DNA from: an uncultured Bacteroidota bacterium
GTDB lineage: Bacteria > Bacteroidota > Bacteroidia > 2-12-FULL-35-15
Length of the DNA stretch: 64,000 nt
Direction: 5' to 3'
Assembly: GCA_903847205.1 (NCBI GenBank)
Contig: CAINDA010000065.1
Coordinates: forward strand, 67,929-131,928
Part shown: piece after piece, positions 37,703 through 47,631 of the stretch
Position numbering within the stretch: position 1 is the stretch's first letter
Layout: each line of letters opens with the position of its first letter
The notes under the pieces: generated by a model
The model's input: the letters and a program-made list of their open reading frames with translations, nothing else
The model's database searches: none
What the model was told of the DNA's origin: nothing
Position numbers and translations under genes: made by a program

Positions 37703-40700
37703 TTAAATTTTAATTCCGATTAGAGTTACGTCATCTATCTGCTCCAAATTACCTTTCCAGGAATGAAAAGAAGATGCCAGTAATGCTTTTTGCTCCGGCA
37801 TTTCCTTTGTCGAATTTATTTTTAATAATTCCTTTAATTGTTTATGCATAAATTTTTTGCCTTTATCTCCTCCGAATTGATCTGCATAACCATCGGTAAT
37901 TAAATAATATGAGGTATCTCCGATGTATTCCAATACGCGAGTAGTAAATGGTTTGCTCATTTCCTGTTTACCAACTGGCTGCTTGTCGCCCTTGATTTCA
38001 AGCATTTCTCCATTTGAGAAATACCATAAAGGATTATTTGCACCGCTCCACTGAATTTGTTTTGAGATTTTATTAATTGACAATAAAGAAATATCCATTC
38101 CGTCTTTTACATTCTCGCCGCTTTTTTCAAATGTTTCAATTACCAAACTCCTGGTTTTATCAAGAATTTCACCTGTATTTCTTAAACCAAATTCTTTAAC
38201 TGCCCTGTTGAGTGCATTACTGCATACAACACTAATCATAGCGCCGGGAACACCATGGCCCGTACAGTCCGCTGCAGCAATAAAAATCTGATCTTCAAAT
38301 TTCTCGAGCCAGTAAAAGTCTCCTGCAACAATATCCTTAGGTTTATAGAGTACAAAACTATTCGGGAAATATTGTTTTATCATTTCAAAGGATGGCAAAA
38401 TGGCATTCTGAAGGCGTTTCGCATACGTTATTGAATCAGTGATTTCTTTATTTTTTTCCTCTACCAATTCTTTTTGATGCTTCAGTTCAAATGTGCGTTC
38501 AGTTACTTTAAATTCCAATACTTTTTTCTCCGAAATTAATTTCCTTTCGCGGTATCTTATAAAAAAATAAACTGCGCTGATTCCGAAAATAATCATCAAT
38601 GAATAAAACCATTTTGTTTTCCAAAATGGGGGTTGAATTATCACTTTTACGCTGCATCCTCTATTATTCCAATGTCCTTCATTATTAGCACCTTTTACAC
38701 GAAAAATATACTCGCCCGGATCGAGGTTTGTATAAACCGTTTCATTTTTAGCACCCGAGAAAACCCAGTCTTTATCAAAGCCTTCAAGCATATAAGCAAA
38801 TTGATTTTTTTCTGGAAAAATAAAATTTAATGCAGCAAAGGAAAAAGATATTGAGTTTTGATCATAATTAAGATCAATTTCTTTTTTAAGTATTAAAGAG
38901 CTGTCTAATGATGCTTCCTTACCAAATAATTTAAATCCTGTAAGTGCAATTTTCGGAGGTGTTTTGTTTTCAATAATATCTTCAGGAGAAAAAGTATAAT
39001 ATCCATCCCCGCCGATATATAATTTTTTATCAAATTTCGATTTTATTGCAGCAGATCCTGCAGCGCCCTCAAAGGGTAGTCCATCCTGCGTTTTAAATAT
39101 TTTCAGTATTCCTTTTGGATATAATGAATCATTATTTTTACCGCCAAGATAAGATGGAGGAGTATAAAATGTCATGCTGGATGCGGTACACAGCCACATC
39201 GAGCCGTCATCATTAAATAGAATGGGGCCGACATTATTATCAGGTAAACCATCATTATCGGTCAGGTGCCAGAATTTCACCTTTTGTAAATCCCTTTTGA
39301 GAGATTTTAAATTCAGAGCATTTAAACCTCCTCCGAAAGTACCAACCCATAGTATTCCGGTTGTTGGATCAATTTCAATATGAAATATTGAATTATAACT
39401 CAAACTATTCGCGTCATTGTTTTTATATATAAAACGGGTAAATTTTTTTGTTTCAGGATCAAAAGTATTTATACCTCCACCCATTGTTCCGACCCAAAGA
39501 AGTTTATTCCAGCGATCCCATTTCATATCCATTATTCTATTATCATTAAGTGAAGCAGGATCATTGCTCTTTTCCTTTGTCCACCTAAAAACAGAATACT
39601 TTTCAGTATGCGTGTCAAATTTTACCAGTCCGCCTCCTAGCGTACCAAGCCATAAAATTCCATTTTCACCTTTCAGGATATTTGCCTGCCTGTGTATTTT
39701 CGCTATTTCGGGTTTATCTTTTTCTTCATTTTCTCTGAAATAACGTTTTACTACTTTCCATGTTCTAGTATCAAATTTTATAAGACCGTTTTCTGTACCA
39801 ATCCACATGATATCATTTTCATCTTCTGAAAAATTATAAACAAGTCCCAGATCGGCTTCCTTGTTGAGAATATGCCTTGTTATTCCAGTTGTTCTGTCTA
39901 TAACAGTTGCTCCTGAACCATAATAGCCGATCCATAGATTATTGTTTTTACTTTCATAAAATGTAAAAACGGCATTTGATAAAATTGGATCATCCTGTTT
40001 TTCTATATGAGTAATTGATTTAGTTTTAACAGGCATTTTGTACATAACCTCCAGAGATGCATTTTTACCCACTATCCATATACTGCCTTTCGAATCTTCA
40101 AAAAAAGTCTGGTAAGAACCGCCTCCATCGTTTGCTGAAATTGGGTTTTCAGGGTCGTGAATAAAATGCTGAGCAGTTTCGTGAATTCTGTCAAAAATGT
40201 CGCATCCTTTATTTGTTTTCAAAAGCAGGTTTCCGTTTTTCATCACCAATAAGCCTGAAGGATCTGATAATAGGGATTCAGGGTCTTTCGGATTGTGATA
40301 AAATGTTTTACATTTTTGAGTTTTCAAATTGTAAAAAATTAATTCCTTATTTGTTATGCAGACTAATTCGGTATCAGAAATTTGTTTTGCTTTCCAAACA
40401 GAATAAGAGGAACTAAATTTGTAGGGGATATTATACCTTTTTATTTTTCCGGTTTCAGGATCAAACAAATCAATGGACTGTCCTACATTCCCAAAATAAC
40501 TTAACCAAAATTTACCATCTTTAGTTATATCCAGTAATACAGGAGCGTTTGTTAATATGGAAGTACTGTCGTTATCCTTATGCGTATAATTAATAAATGA
40601 TTCAGTAGAAGGATCGAATACACATAAGCCCCCGCCATAGGTGGCCATCCAGATTCTTCCTTTTTTATCTTCGGAAAGCCCCCAGTTAATTCTTGTTGAA

Positions 40701-41107
40701 CCAAGTGTGTTTACCGGATTTTTATATTGTTTGAATTTTTCATTGATGGGATCATACTTGTATATTCCTATACCGTCGAATCCAACCCACAGTGTTCCAT
40801 TTTTTGTAACCAGCAGAGTCCGCACAGCATCGGTTTCAAATGTATTTGTATCCGACTGTAAATGTTTAAATGCTTTAAATATTTTGCCGTCATATCGGTA
40901 CAAACCATTATTGGTGCCAATCCAAATGAAGCCTGAAGAATCTTCTGCAACAGCAGATATATCATAATCCTTAAAATTTATTTCTTTTCCCGGGTGATAA
41001 AATACGAATGATTCAGGATCTTGTATCGGATCAGGATTTTGCGAATGGCATAAAAAAGAAATGAAAAGTAAAAAAAACAGACTGCAGGCAGCAAAAAAAT
41101 TATTCAT
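37703..41107 (-). CDS. Periplasmic beta-propeller/Y_Y_Y sensor fused to a PP2C-type (SpoIIE) serine phosphatase
   Basis: A signal peptide precedes many two-component-regulator propeller repeats (WIGTNNGLYRYD, LWVGFDGIGIYKYD, LWIGYYGSGATVID...). Then come a Y_Y_Y block (GEYIFRVKGANNEGHWN), a TM helix (WFYSLMIIFGISAVYFFIRY), a coiled coil and a PP2C core (VAGDFYWLE...AADCTGHGVPGAMIS...DGMDISLL...ITDGYADQF). Length is 1134 aa. Confidence 0.75.
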   Translation of the reverse strand: MNNFFAACSLFFLLFISFLCHSQNPDPIQDPESFVFYHPGKEINFKDYDISAVAEDSSGFIWIGTNNGLYRYDGKIFKAFKHLQSDTNTFETDAVRTLLVTKNGTLWVGFDGIGIYKYDPINEKFKQYKNPVNTLGSTRINWGLSEDKKGRIWMATYGGGLCVFDPSTESFINYTHKDNDSTSILTNAPVLLDITKDGKFWLSYFGNVGQSIDLFDPETGKIKRYNIPYKFSSSYSVWKAKQISDTELVCITNKELIFYNLKTQKCKTFYHNPKDPESLLSDPSGLLVMKNGNLLLKTNKGCDIFDRIHETAQHFIHDPENPISANDGGGSYQTFFEDSKGSIWIVGKNASLEVMYKMPVKTKSITHIEKQDDPILSNAVFTFYESKNNNLWIGYYGSGATVIDRTTGITRHILNKEADLGLVYNFSEDENDIMWIGTENGLIKFDTRTWKVVKRYFRENEEKDKPEIAKIHRQANILKGENGILWLGTLGGGLVKFDTHTEKYSVFRWTKEKSNDPASLNDNRIMDMKWDRWNKLLWVGTMGGGINTFDPETKKFTRFIYKNNDANSLSYNSIFHIEIDPTTGILWVGTFGGGLNALNLKSLKRDLQKVKFWHLTDNDGLPDNNVGPILFNDDGSMWLCTASSMTFYTPPSYLGGKNNDSLYPKGILKIFKTQDGLPFEGAAGSAAIKSKFDKKLYIGGDGYYTFSPEDIIENKTPPKIALTGFKLFGKEASLDSSLILKKEIDLNYDQNSISFSFAALNFIFPEKNQFAYMLEGFDKDWVFSGAKNETVYTNLDPGEYIFRVKGANNEGHWNNRGCSVKVIIQPPFWKTKWFYSLMIIFGISAVYFFIRYRERKLISEKKVLEFKVTERTFELKHQKELVEEKNKEITDSITYAKRLQNAILPSFEMIKQYFPNSFVLYKPKDIVAGDFYWLEKFEDQIFIAAADCTGHGVPGAMISVVCSNALNRAVKEFGLRNTGEILDKTRSLVIETFEKSGENVKDGMDISLLSINKISKQIQWSGANNPLWYFSNGEMLEIKGDKQPVGKQEMSKPFTTRVLEYIGDTSYYLITDGYADQFGGDKGKKFMHKQLKELLKINSTKEMPEQKALLASSFHSWKGNLEQIDDVTLIGIKI

Positions 41108-41184
41108 AATGCACTAATAAAATCTGTTTTTACAACAGCCAAAACCTTTACAGATTAGGTTGTTTGAAAGAATTGCATTTAAAT

Positions 41185-44004
41185 TTACTTGCTCAAATAC
41201 AAATTTCGCTCTGAATAAATTGTATGAAAAAATTCATCTGTTAAATCGTCAATAAAATAAATTGCTTCACCGGTTGACTTCATTTCGGGGCCGAGCTCTT
41301 TAATTACTTCAGGAAATTTATTGTAGGAAAACACCGGGATTTTAATTGCATACCCTATTTTGCGCGGATTGAATTTAAAGTCTTTCACTTTCTTTTCGCC
41401 GAGCATAACTTTGGCGGCATAGTTTACATACGGCTCGTCATAAGCTTTTGCAATAAACGGCACTGTGCGTGATGCGCGCGGGTTGGCTTCAATAATATAT
41501 ACTACTTCATTTTTTATTGCAAACTGTATATTCAATAAACCGACAGTATGCAGAGCCAATGCGATGGTTTTTGTATGCTGTTCAATCTGTTTAAGCACGT
41601 TTTCGCTCAAATCAAAAGGAGGAAGCACAGCGTATGAATCGCCAGAATGAATTCCTGCAGGCTCTATGTGCTCCATGATGCCTATAATATAAACATCTTC
41701 GCCGTCGCATATAGAGTCAGATTCCGCTTCTATGGCTCCTTCTATGAAATTATCAAGCAGTACTTGGTTGCCAGGATGATCTTTTAATAAATTTACAACA
41801 TGCTGTTCTAACTCAGCTTCATTGATAACAATTTTCATATTCTGTCCGCCAAGCACATACGAAGGACGCACTAGCAGAGGGAAGCCGAGTGTTTTTGAAA
41901 GTTCAACGGCCTGTTCACCGTCTTCAATTACGCCGAATTTCGGGTAAGGGATATTATTTTCTTTTAAAAGTTTTGAAAAGCTTCCTCTGTCTTCGGCTAA
42001 ATCCAGTGACTTATAATCTGTACCGATAATTTTGATGCCGTATCGTTCGAGCTTTTCAGCAAGCTTTAAGGCTGTTTGTCCGCCAAGCTGAACAATAACA
42101 CCAACAGGCTTTTCATTCAAAATAATATCATAAATATGTTCCCAGAAAACAGGCTCGAAATATAATTTATCAGCAACATTAAAGTCGGTGGAAACCGTTT
42201 CGGGGTTGCAGTTTATCATTATAGTTTCGTAGCCGCATTCTTTAGCGGCAATCACTCCGTGAACGCAGCTGTAATCAAATTCAATTCCCTGCCCGATGCG
42301 GTTTGGACCGCTGCCAAGTACAATTACTTTTTTATTATCCGAAGCAATGGATTCATTTTCATCTTCAAATGTGCTGTAGTAGTAGGGTGTTTTAGCTTCA
42401 AATTCTGCGGCACAGGTATCTACTAATTTATAAACACGTTTTATTTTTAATTCCTGTCTGCGGTTAAACACTTCACTTTCCAAGCATTTCAGAAGATGTG
42501 CAATCTGTCTGTCAGCATATCCTTTTTGTTTGGCTTCATAAAATAAATCGCGCGGAAGCTGAGGCAGCGTATATTTCGAAATCTCGCCTTCCAGCAGAAT
42601 CAATTCTTCAATCTGGTTTAAAAACCAGGGATCAATGTGGGTGAGCTTTTGAATTGTTTTGATGGAGATGCCTAATTTAATTGCATCGTAAATATGGAAA
42701 AGCCTGTTCCAGCTGGGGCGTTCGAGGCTTTTTAATAATTCATTCTGGTTGGTTACTTCTCTTCCGTCGGCGCCTAAACCATTGCGTTTAATTTCCAAAG
42801 ACTGACATGCTTTTTGCAACGCCTCCTGAAAGGACCGCCCAATGCCCATTACCTCGCCGACTGATTTCATTTGAAAACCTAATTCGCGGTTAGCGCCTTT
42901 AAATTTATCGAAATTCCAGCGCGGAATTTTTACAATAACATAATCCAATGTAGGCTCAAAAAAAGCAGATGTTGATTTAGTTATTTGATTCTCTAATTCA
43001 TCCAGGTTAAAGCCTATTGCAAGCTTTGCAGCGATTTTTGCAATAGGATAGCCGGTTGCTTTGCTTGCCAATGCTGATGAACGGGATACGCGAGGATTAA
43101 TTTCAATAGCAATTATTTCTTCCGAGTCATCGGGATTAACCGCAAACTGTACGTTGCAGCCGCCTGCAAAATTTCCGATGCTGCGCATCATTTTAATTGA
43201 CAATGTGCGCATCTTCTGAAAAGTACTGTCAGATAAAGTCATTGCAGGAGCAACAGTAATGCTGTCGCCGGTATGGACGCCCATCGGGTCAAAATTTTCA
43301 ATAGAGCAGATAATTACAACATTATCATTGTTGTCCCGAAGTAATTCAAGCTCATATTCTTTCCAGCCCAGCACCGCTTTATCAATAAGTACTTCATGAA
43401 TAGGTGATGTATGCAGGCCGCGGTCAAGCGCTTTATCAAAATCTTCTTTATGATAAACAACGGCACCCCCGCTGCCTCCAAGGGTAAATGAAGGGCGGAT
43501 TACCAATGGGAAACCGAAATCCTGTGCAATTTCTTTTCCTTCTAAAAAGGAACGGCAGATTTTTGAAGGCGCCATTCCTACACCTATAGATTCCATGCAT
43601 TGGCGGAATTTTTCACGGTCTTCTGTAATTTCAATCGCGTGTATATCAACACCGATCATGCGGATGCCGTATTTTTTCCAAATGCCCATTTCATCGCATT
43701 TCATTGCAAGATTGAGGGCAGTCTGCCCCCCAACACTGGGCAGTACGGCATCAATATGTTTATTTTCTTCTAATATTTTGATTATAGATTTAGCTTCCAG
43801 CGGCAAAAGGTAAATGTTTTCAGCAGTAACCTTGTCCGTCATAATAGTTGCCGGATTAGAGTTAATAAGCGTTACAGTGATTCCTTCTTCTCTTAAAGAG
43901 CGTGCAGCCTGCGATCCAGAATAGTCGAACTCGCAAGCCTGTCCGATCACAATTGGACCGCTGCCGATGATTAAAACTGACTTTATGGAATGATCTCTTG
44001 GCAT
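41185..44004 (-). CDS. carB: Carbamoyl-phosphate synthase large subunit (939-aa form lacking the C-terminal MGS-like domain)
   Basis: Duplicated ATP-grasp halves. The N-terminus MPRDHSIKSVLIIGSGPIVIGQACEFDYSGSQA and the second-half repeat VIVLGSGPNRIGQGIEFDYSCVHG are CarB hallmarks. Confidence 0.9.
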   Translation of the reverse strand: MPRDHSIKSVLIIGSGPIVIGQACEFDYSGSQAARSLREEGITVTLINSNPATIMTDKVTAENIYLLPLEAKSIIKILEENKHIDAVLPSVGGQTALNLAMKCDEMGIWKKYGIRMIGVDIHAIEITEDREKFRQCMESIGVGMAPSKICRSFLEGKEIAQDFGFPLVIRPSFTLGGSGGAVVYHKEDFDKALDRGLHTSPIHEVLIDKAVLGWKEYELELLRDNNDNVVIICSIENFDPMGVHTGDSITVAPAMTLSDSTFQKMRTLSIKMMRSIGNFAGGCNVQFAVNPDDSEEIIAIEINPRVSRSSALASKATGYPIAKIAAKLAIGFNLDELENQITKSTSAFFEPTLDYVIVKIPRWNFDKFKGANRELGFQMKSVGEVMGIGRSFQEALQKACQSLEIKRNGLGADGREVTNQNELLKSLERPSWNRLFHIYDAIKLGISIKTIQKLTHIDPWFLNQIEELILLEGEISKYTLPQLPRDLFYEAKQKGYADRQIAHLLKCLESEVFNRRQELKIKRVYKLVDTCAAEFEAKTPYYYSTFEDENESIASDNKKVIVLGSGPNRIGQGIEFDYSCVHGVIAAKECGYETIMINCNPETVSTDFNVADKLYFEPVFWEHIYDIILNEKPVGVIVQLGGQTALKLAEKLERYGIKIIGTDYKSLDLAEDRGSFSKLLKENNIPYPKFGVIEDGEQAVELSKTLGFPLLVRPSYVLGGQNMKIVINEAELEQHVVNLLKDHPGNQVLLDNFIEGAIEAESDSICDGEDVYIIGIMEHIEPAGIHSGDSYAVLPPFDLSENVLKQIEQHTKTIALALHTVGLLNIQFAIKNEVVYIIEANPRASRTVPFIAKAYDEPYVNYAAKVMLGEKKVKDFKFNPRKIGYAIKIPVFSYNKFPEVIKELGPEMKSTGEAIYFIDDLTDEFFHTIYSERNLYLSK

Positions 44005-44104
44005 AATTTAGATGTGCTGATTTAAAGAGTTGATAATTTAAAAATGATAACGAAAGTACTTATAAATGCCTTCTTTGCTTTAAAAAATCTATTAACAAGT
44101 TTTC

Positions 44105-44136
44105 AAAAAAAATGCCCCGCAGGTGCGGAGCATTTT
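44105..44136 (-). terminator. Intrinsic terminator of rpmH
   Basis: On the minus strand a 9-bp stem TGCTCCGCA / TGCGGGGCA (one mismatch) with a CC loop is followed by eight T residues. It lies 40-70 nt downstream of the rpmH stop. Confidence 0.6.
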
Positions 44137-44174
44137 CAAATTTTTGAATTAATAAATTTTCAAATTTTATTTTT

Positions 44175-44330
44175 TTATTTATGAGTTTTTTCGTCAGAAA
44201 CAGTTAATTTTTTTCTTCCTTTAGCTCTGCGGGAAGCCAATACTCTGCGGCCATTTGCAGATGCCATTCTCTCACGGAAACCGTGTTTGTTTTTTCTCTT
44301 TTTTACCGATGGTTGGAATGTACGTAACAT
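44175..44330 (-). CDS. rpmH: 50S ribosomal protein L34 (51 aa; below the ORF-track length cutoff)
   Basis: Hand translation gives [51 protein letters not shown]. This matches the L34 consensus MKRTFQPS.RKR.N.HGFRARMAT..GR.VLA.RRAKGRK.L. Confidence 0.85.
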   Translation of the reverse strand: MLRTFQPSVKKRKNKHGFRERMASANGRRVLASRRAKGRKKLTVSDEKTHK

Positions 44331-44819
44331 TTTACTTTATTTTATGTCCCTCTGATGAAGAACTATTTATATTCTGTTTTCTTGATTTAAGGACTGCAAA
44401 GATATAACTTTTTTCTTTCCTGCAACTTTTTTCTTAGAATCAGGCTGATTTAGTTTTGATTTGGAGAGAAAAAGAGCCTGTTTGCCAATAAAAATAACCC
44501 GTTCCCAAAGGGAAAGAAGCATTGAGAGCTTTGAACCAAGGGGGAAGAAAGAGGCTTATTGGCAAAAAGAAGTGGTTAGCAAGAGTCCACTGTCCTGCGG
44601 GTAAATATTCTTAATTTAAGATCCAACCTCCTTATGGGCACAGGGACTGATTGATAATTATTTTTTTGATTGAAACAGAAAAGATGATAGGTCGATTTCC
44701 TCCAAAATATTCTAAAATTCAGTAGATTTGTGCTTAATAACATTCATAAAATTCAGCCTGTTTCATACGGCAATTTTAACAAAGGATAAAATTAAACCGA
44801 ATAATAGTTAGAAATTTTA

Positions 44820-46004
44820 ATGATTTTAGAAATCCCAAAGCCGGCATTAACAATGTATAAACAAACAGTTGATTTTATTAAATCACAATTCCCATCTCAG
44901 GATTCGATTCAGCTGCATGAGCCTGTTTTTAATGGTAATGAAAAAAATTATCTGATAGACTGTGTTGATTCAACCTTTGTTTCATCAGTTGGAAAATATG
45001 TGGATAATTTTGAAAAACAGTTGGCTGCTTATACAGGTGCAAAGTATGCTGTTGCCTGCGTAAACGGCACTGCAGCCCTTCACATGGCAATGATTACCGC
45101 AGGAGTTCAAAGGAATGATATTGTAATTACTCAGCCTTTAAGTTTTATTGCAACATGCAATGCCATTGCCTACATTGGTGCATCGCATTTATTTGTGGAT
45201 GTTGATAAGGATACAATGGGTTTAAGCCCGGAAAAACTAAAAACTTATTTGACTGAAAATGCTGTAAAAAAATCAGACGGTTTTGCCTATCATAAGTCAA
45301 CCGGACAAAAAATCGCAGCCTGCATACCCATGCATACATTCGGTCATCCCTGCCGTATTGATGAACTTGCCGTTATCTGCAATGAATATAATATTGCACT
45401 GATTGAAGATGCAGCTGAATCTATAGGCAGTTATTATAAAAATAAACATACAGGCACTTTCGGACTTTTAGGAACATTTAGTTTTAACGGCAATAAAACC
45501 ATTACCTGCGGCGGGGGAGGAGCTATTGTTACCAATAATGAAGCATTGGCAAAAAGAGCTAAATATTTAACCACCCAGGCTAAAGTGCCTCATCGCTGGG
45601 AATTTGTGCATGATGAAATTGGATATAATTACCGGATGCCTAATATTAACGCGGCATTGGCCTGTGCCCAGCTGGAGCAGCTGAATCCTTTTCTTGAAAA
45701 TAAACGCAGTCTGGCGAAGCTCTATTCCGAATTTTTTAAAGGAACCGGGATGCAATTTATGGAAGAGCCGTCTGATTCAAAATCAAACTATTGGCTTTGT
45801 TCAATATTGCTGCCTGATAAAAAAACACGTGACGAGTTTTTACAATACAGCAATGATAACGGGGTAATGACCCGTCCTGTGTGGAGATTAATGAATAAAC
45901 TTGTGATGTTTAAAGATGCCATCTGCGGTAATTTAGATAATGCACAGATGCTGGAAGACAGGCTGGTGAATATACCGAGCAGTGTGAGGATGCAAATAAA
46001 ATGA
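44820..46004 (+). CDS. DegT/DnrJ/EryC1/StrS family PLP-dependent sugar aminotransferase (LegC/PseC-like)
   Basis: LHEPVFNGNEKNYLIDCVDSTFVSS...AVACVNGTAALHMAMI...FSFNGNKTITCGGGGAIVTN carries the conserved Lys (FNGNK). The start may instead be Met12 at 44853. Confidence 0.8.
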   Translation: MILEIPKPALTMYKQTVDFIKSQFPSQDSIQLHEPVFNGNEKNYLIDCVDSTFVSSVGKYVDNFEKQLAAYTGAKYAVACVNGTAALHMAMITAGVQRNDIVITQPLSFIATCNAIAYIGASHLFVDVDKDTMGLSPEKLKTYLTENAVKKSDGFAYHKSTGQKIAACIPMHTFGHPCRIDELAVICNEYNIALIEDAAESIGSYYKNKHTGTFGLLGTFSFNGNKTITCGGGGAIVTNNEALAKRAKYLTTQAKVPHRWEFVHDEIGYNYRMPNINAALACAQLEQLNPFLENKRSLAKLYSEFFKGTGMQFMEEPSDSKSNYWLCSILLPDKKTRDEFLQYSNDNGVMTRPVWRLMNKLVMFKDAICGNLDNAQMLEDRLVNIPSSVRMQIK

Positions 46005-46636
46005 GAGTGCTTGTAATCAGCGATATTCATGGAAATTTACCTGCTTTAGAATACGTTCTTAAGGAGGAGCAATCTGCTGATTTGGTTATTTCATTGGGTG
46101 ATGTTGTAAATTACGGACCTTGGAGTAATGAATGTGTTGATTTAATGGATTCATTAAAAAGTAAAGTTTTGATTTTAGGAAATCACGAAGAGGCATTTCT
46201 TGATGGGCTGTATCAGGGAAGTAATTTAACAGCAAAAGCCTTTTTTGAAATATGTTACCCAAGCTTTAATCGAAAAGACCAAGTCAGTAAGTACATAAAA
46301 ATGTATTCTTTCAAAGATGCAGTTTTTACTCATACATTAAACAATAGCTATATTTTCAATGACTCAGAAATTCAAATTGAGAAAGATACTTTTATCGGCC
46401 ATTCGCACCGGATATTTTTAAAAGATGTAAACGGTTATAGATTGGTAAACGTTGGCAGTGTAGGACAAAACCGTATAAATATCGATGAGCTCAATTATGT
46501 AATCTGGGATACTGAAAATAATTCTGTCGAATTAATGAGAAAAGAATTTAATGTCGATCAGCTTATTCAAGAAATGAAAATTAAAAACTATCCCGAAATA
46601 TGCCTCAATTATATTTTATCTAAACGCATTAAATAA
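46001..46636 (+). CDS. Metallophosphoesterase (calcineurin-like, YfcE-type)
   Basis: MRVLVISDIHGNLPALEYV (DxHG), SLGDVVNYGP (GD motif), GNHE and GHSH form the motif series. Length is 211 aa. Confidence 0.65.
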   Translation: MRVLVISDIHGNLPALEYVLKEEQSADLVISLGDVVNYGPWSNECVDLMDSLKSKVLILGNHEEAFLDGLYQGSNLTAKAFFEICYPSFNRKDQVSKYIKMYSFKDAVFTHTLNNSYIFNDSEIQIEKDTFIGHSHRIFLKDVNGYRLVNVGSVGQNRINIDELNYVIWDTENNSVELMRKEFNVDQLIQEMKIKNYPEICLNYILSKRIK

Positions 46637-46638
46637 TA

Positions 46639-47631
46639 ATGGGAAACAAAATAAATATAGCCATTACGGGAACAGGCAGTTTAATTGGTCAGGCGGTTAT
46701 TAAGTCAATACAGCGTTCTAATCTAAAAGATAAAATTAGTATAGTCGGCTTTGATTATTTTAAAGAAACAGTTGGTTCGTTTTGGTCAGATAAAAATTAT
46801 TTTCTGCCTGATATTTTAAGACCTGGTATCAGCGAGGAAAAATGGATAAACGTAATTATAAATGCAATTCTTGAAAACAACATTAAACTATTATTTGCCG
46901 GAGTTGATTTTGAACTCCCTCTTTTTGCTAAATATAAAACTGTTATAGAGGAAAAAACAGGTGTTATAATAATGGTAAGTTCTGCAGCCGTTATTGAAAT
47001 TGCAGACGATAAATATTTAACTTACGAATTCTTAAAGAAACATGACCTTTCGCATCCAAAATCTTTTTTACCTGGCGAAGCAGATTTTAATACATTAAAA
47101 TATCCTCTGATTATAAAACCCAGAAAAGGAGCAAGAAGCAAGGGTGTTTATAAAGTAAAAGATAAAGATCATCTCTTAAGCGTTATTGACTCAATTAAAG
47201 ATCCGATTATTCAGGAATGTATAGGTATTGACGAAGAAGAATATACCTGCGGAACAATATATTTGAATGGCGAACTAAAAAAAATAATTGTTTTAAAAAG
47301 GAGTTTAAAAGAAGGAAATACGTTTATCTCTCATTACAAAAATGATTTTCCGGAGATTATTACGACCTATTTAAAAGAAGTTTCGAATTACTTAAAACCT
47401 TTTGGGGCTTGTAATTTTCAGTTAAGACTTGATTCAGAAGGCCTGCCTAAAATATTTGAGATTAATTCTCGTCACTCGGGTACAACCTACATTCGTTCAT
47501 TGTTCGGTTTTAAGGAAGTTGAATATATTATCAATTATCTTTTATTTAATATTGAAATGGAATTTGAAATGAGAGAAGGAACTGTGGTGAGATATTTCGA
47601 CGAATTTTTTGTTCAATCTAATAAAAAATGA
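46639..47631 (+). CDS. ATP-grasp domain enzyme (ligase) within the nonulosonic-acid cluster
   Basis: PLIIKPRKGARSKGVYKVKDKD is the B-loop and FEINSRHSGT the Mg/ATP site. Length is 330 aa. Confidence 0.6.
   Translation: MGNKINIAITGTGSLIGQAVIKSIQRSNLKDKISIVGFDYFKETVGSFWSDKNYFLPDILRPGISEEKWINVIINAILENNIKLLFAGVDFELPLFAKYKTVIEEKTGVIIMVSSAAVIEIADDKYLTYEFLKKHDLSHPKSFLPGEADFNTLKYPLIIKPRKGARSKGVYKVKDKDHLLSVIDSIKDPIIQECIGIDEEEYTCGTIYLNGELKKIIVLKRSLKEGNTFISHYKNDFPEIITTYLKEVSNYLKPFGACNFQLRLDSEGLPKIFEINSRHSGTTYIRSLFGFKEVEYIINYLLFNIEMEFEMREGTVVRYFDEFFVQSNKK

Noticed and set aside
44340-44700. RNase P RNA / SRP RNA / tmRNA in the long gap next to rpmH
   Set aside because: None of the universally conserved motifs (RNase P GGAAAGUCCGGGCUCC-like P4 region, SRP domain IV GGUGCUGUUU, tmRNA tag region) could be found by eye. 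The gap is kept only as an unassigned possible leader.
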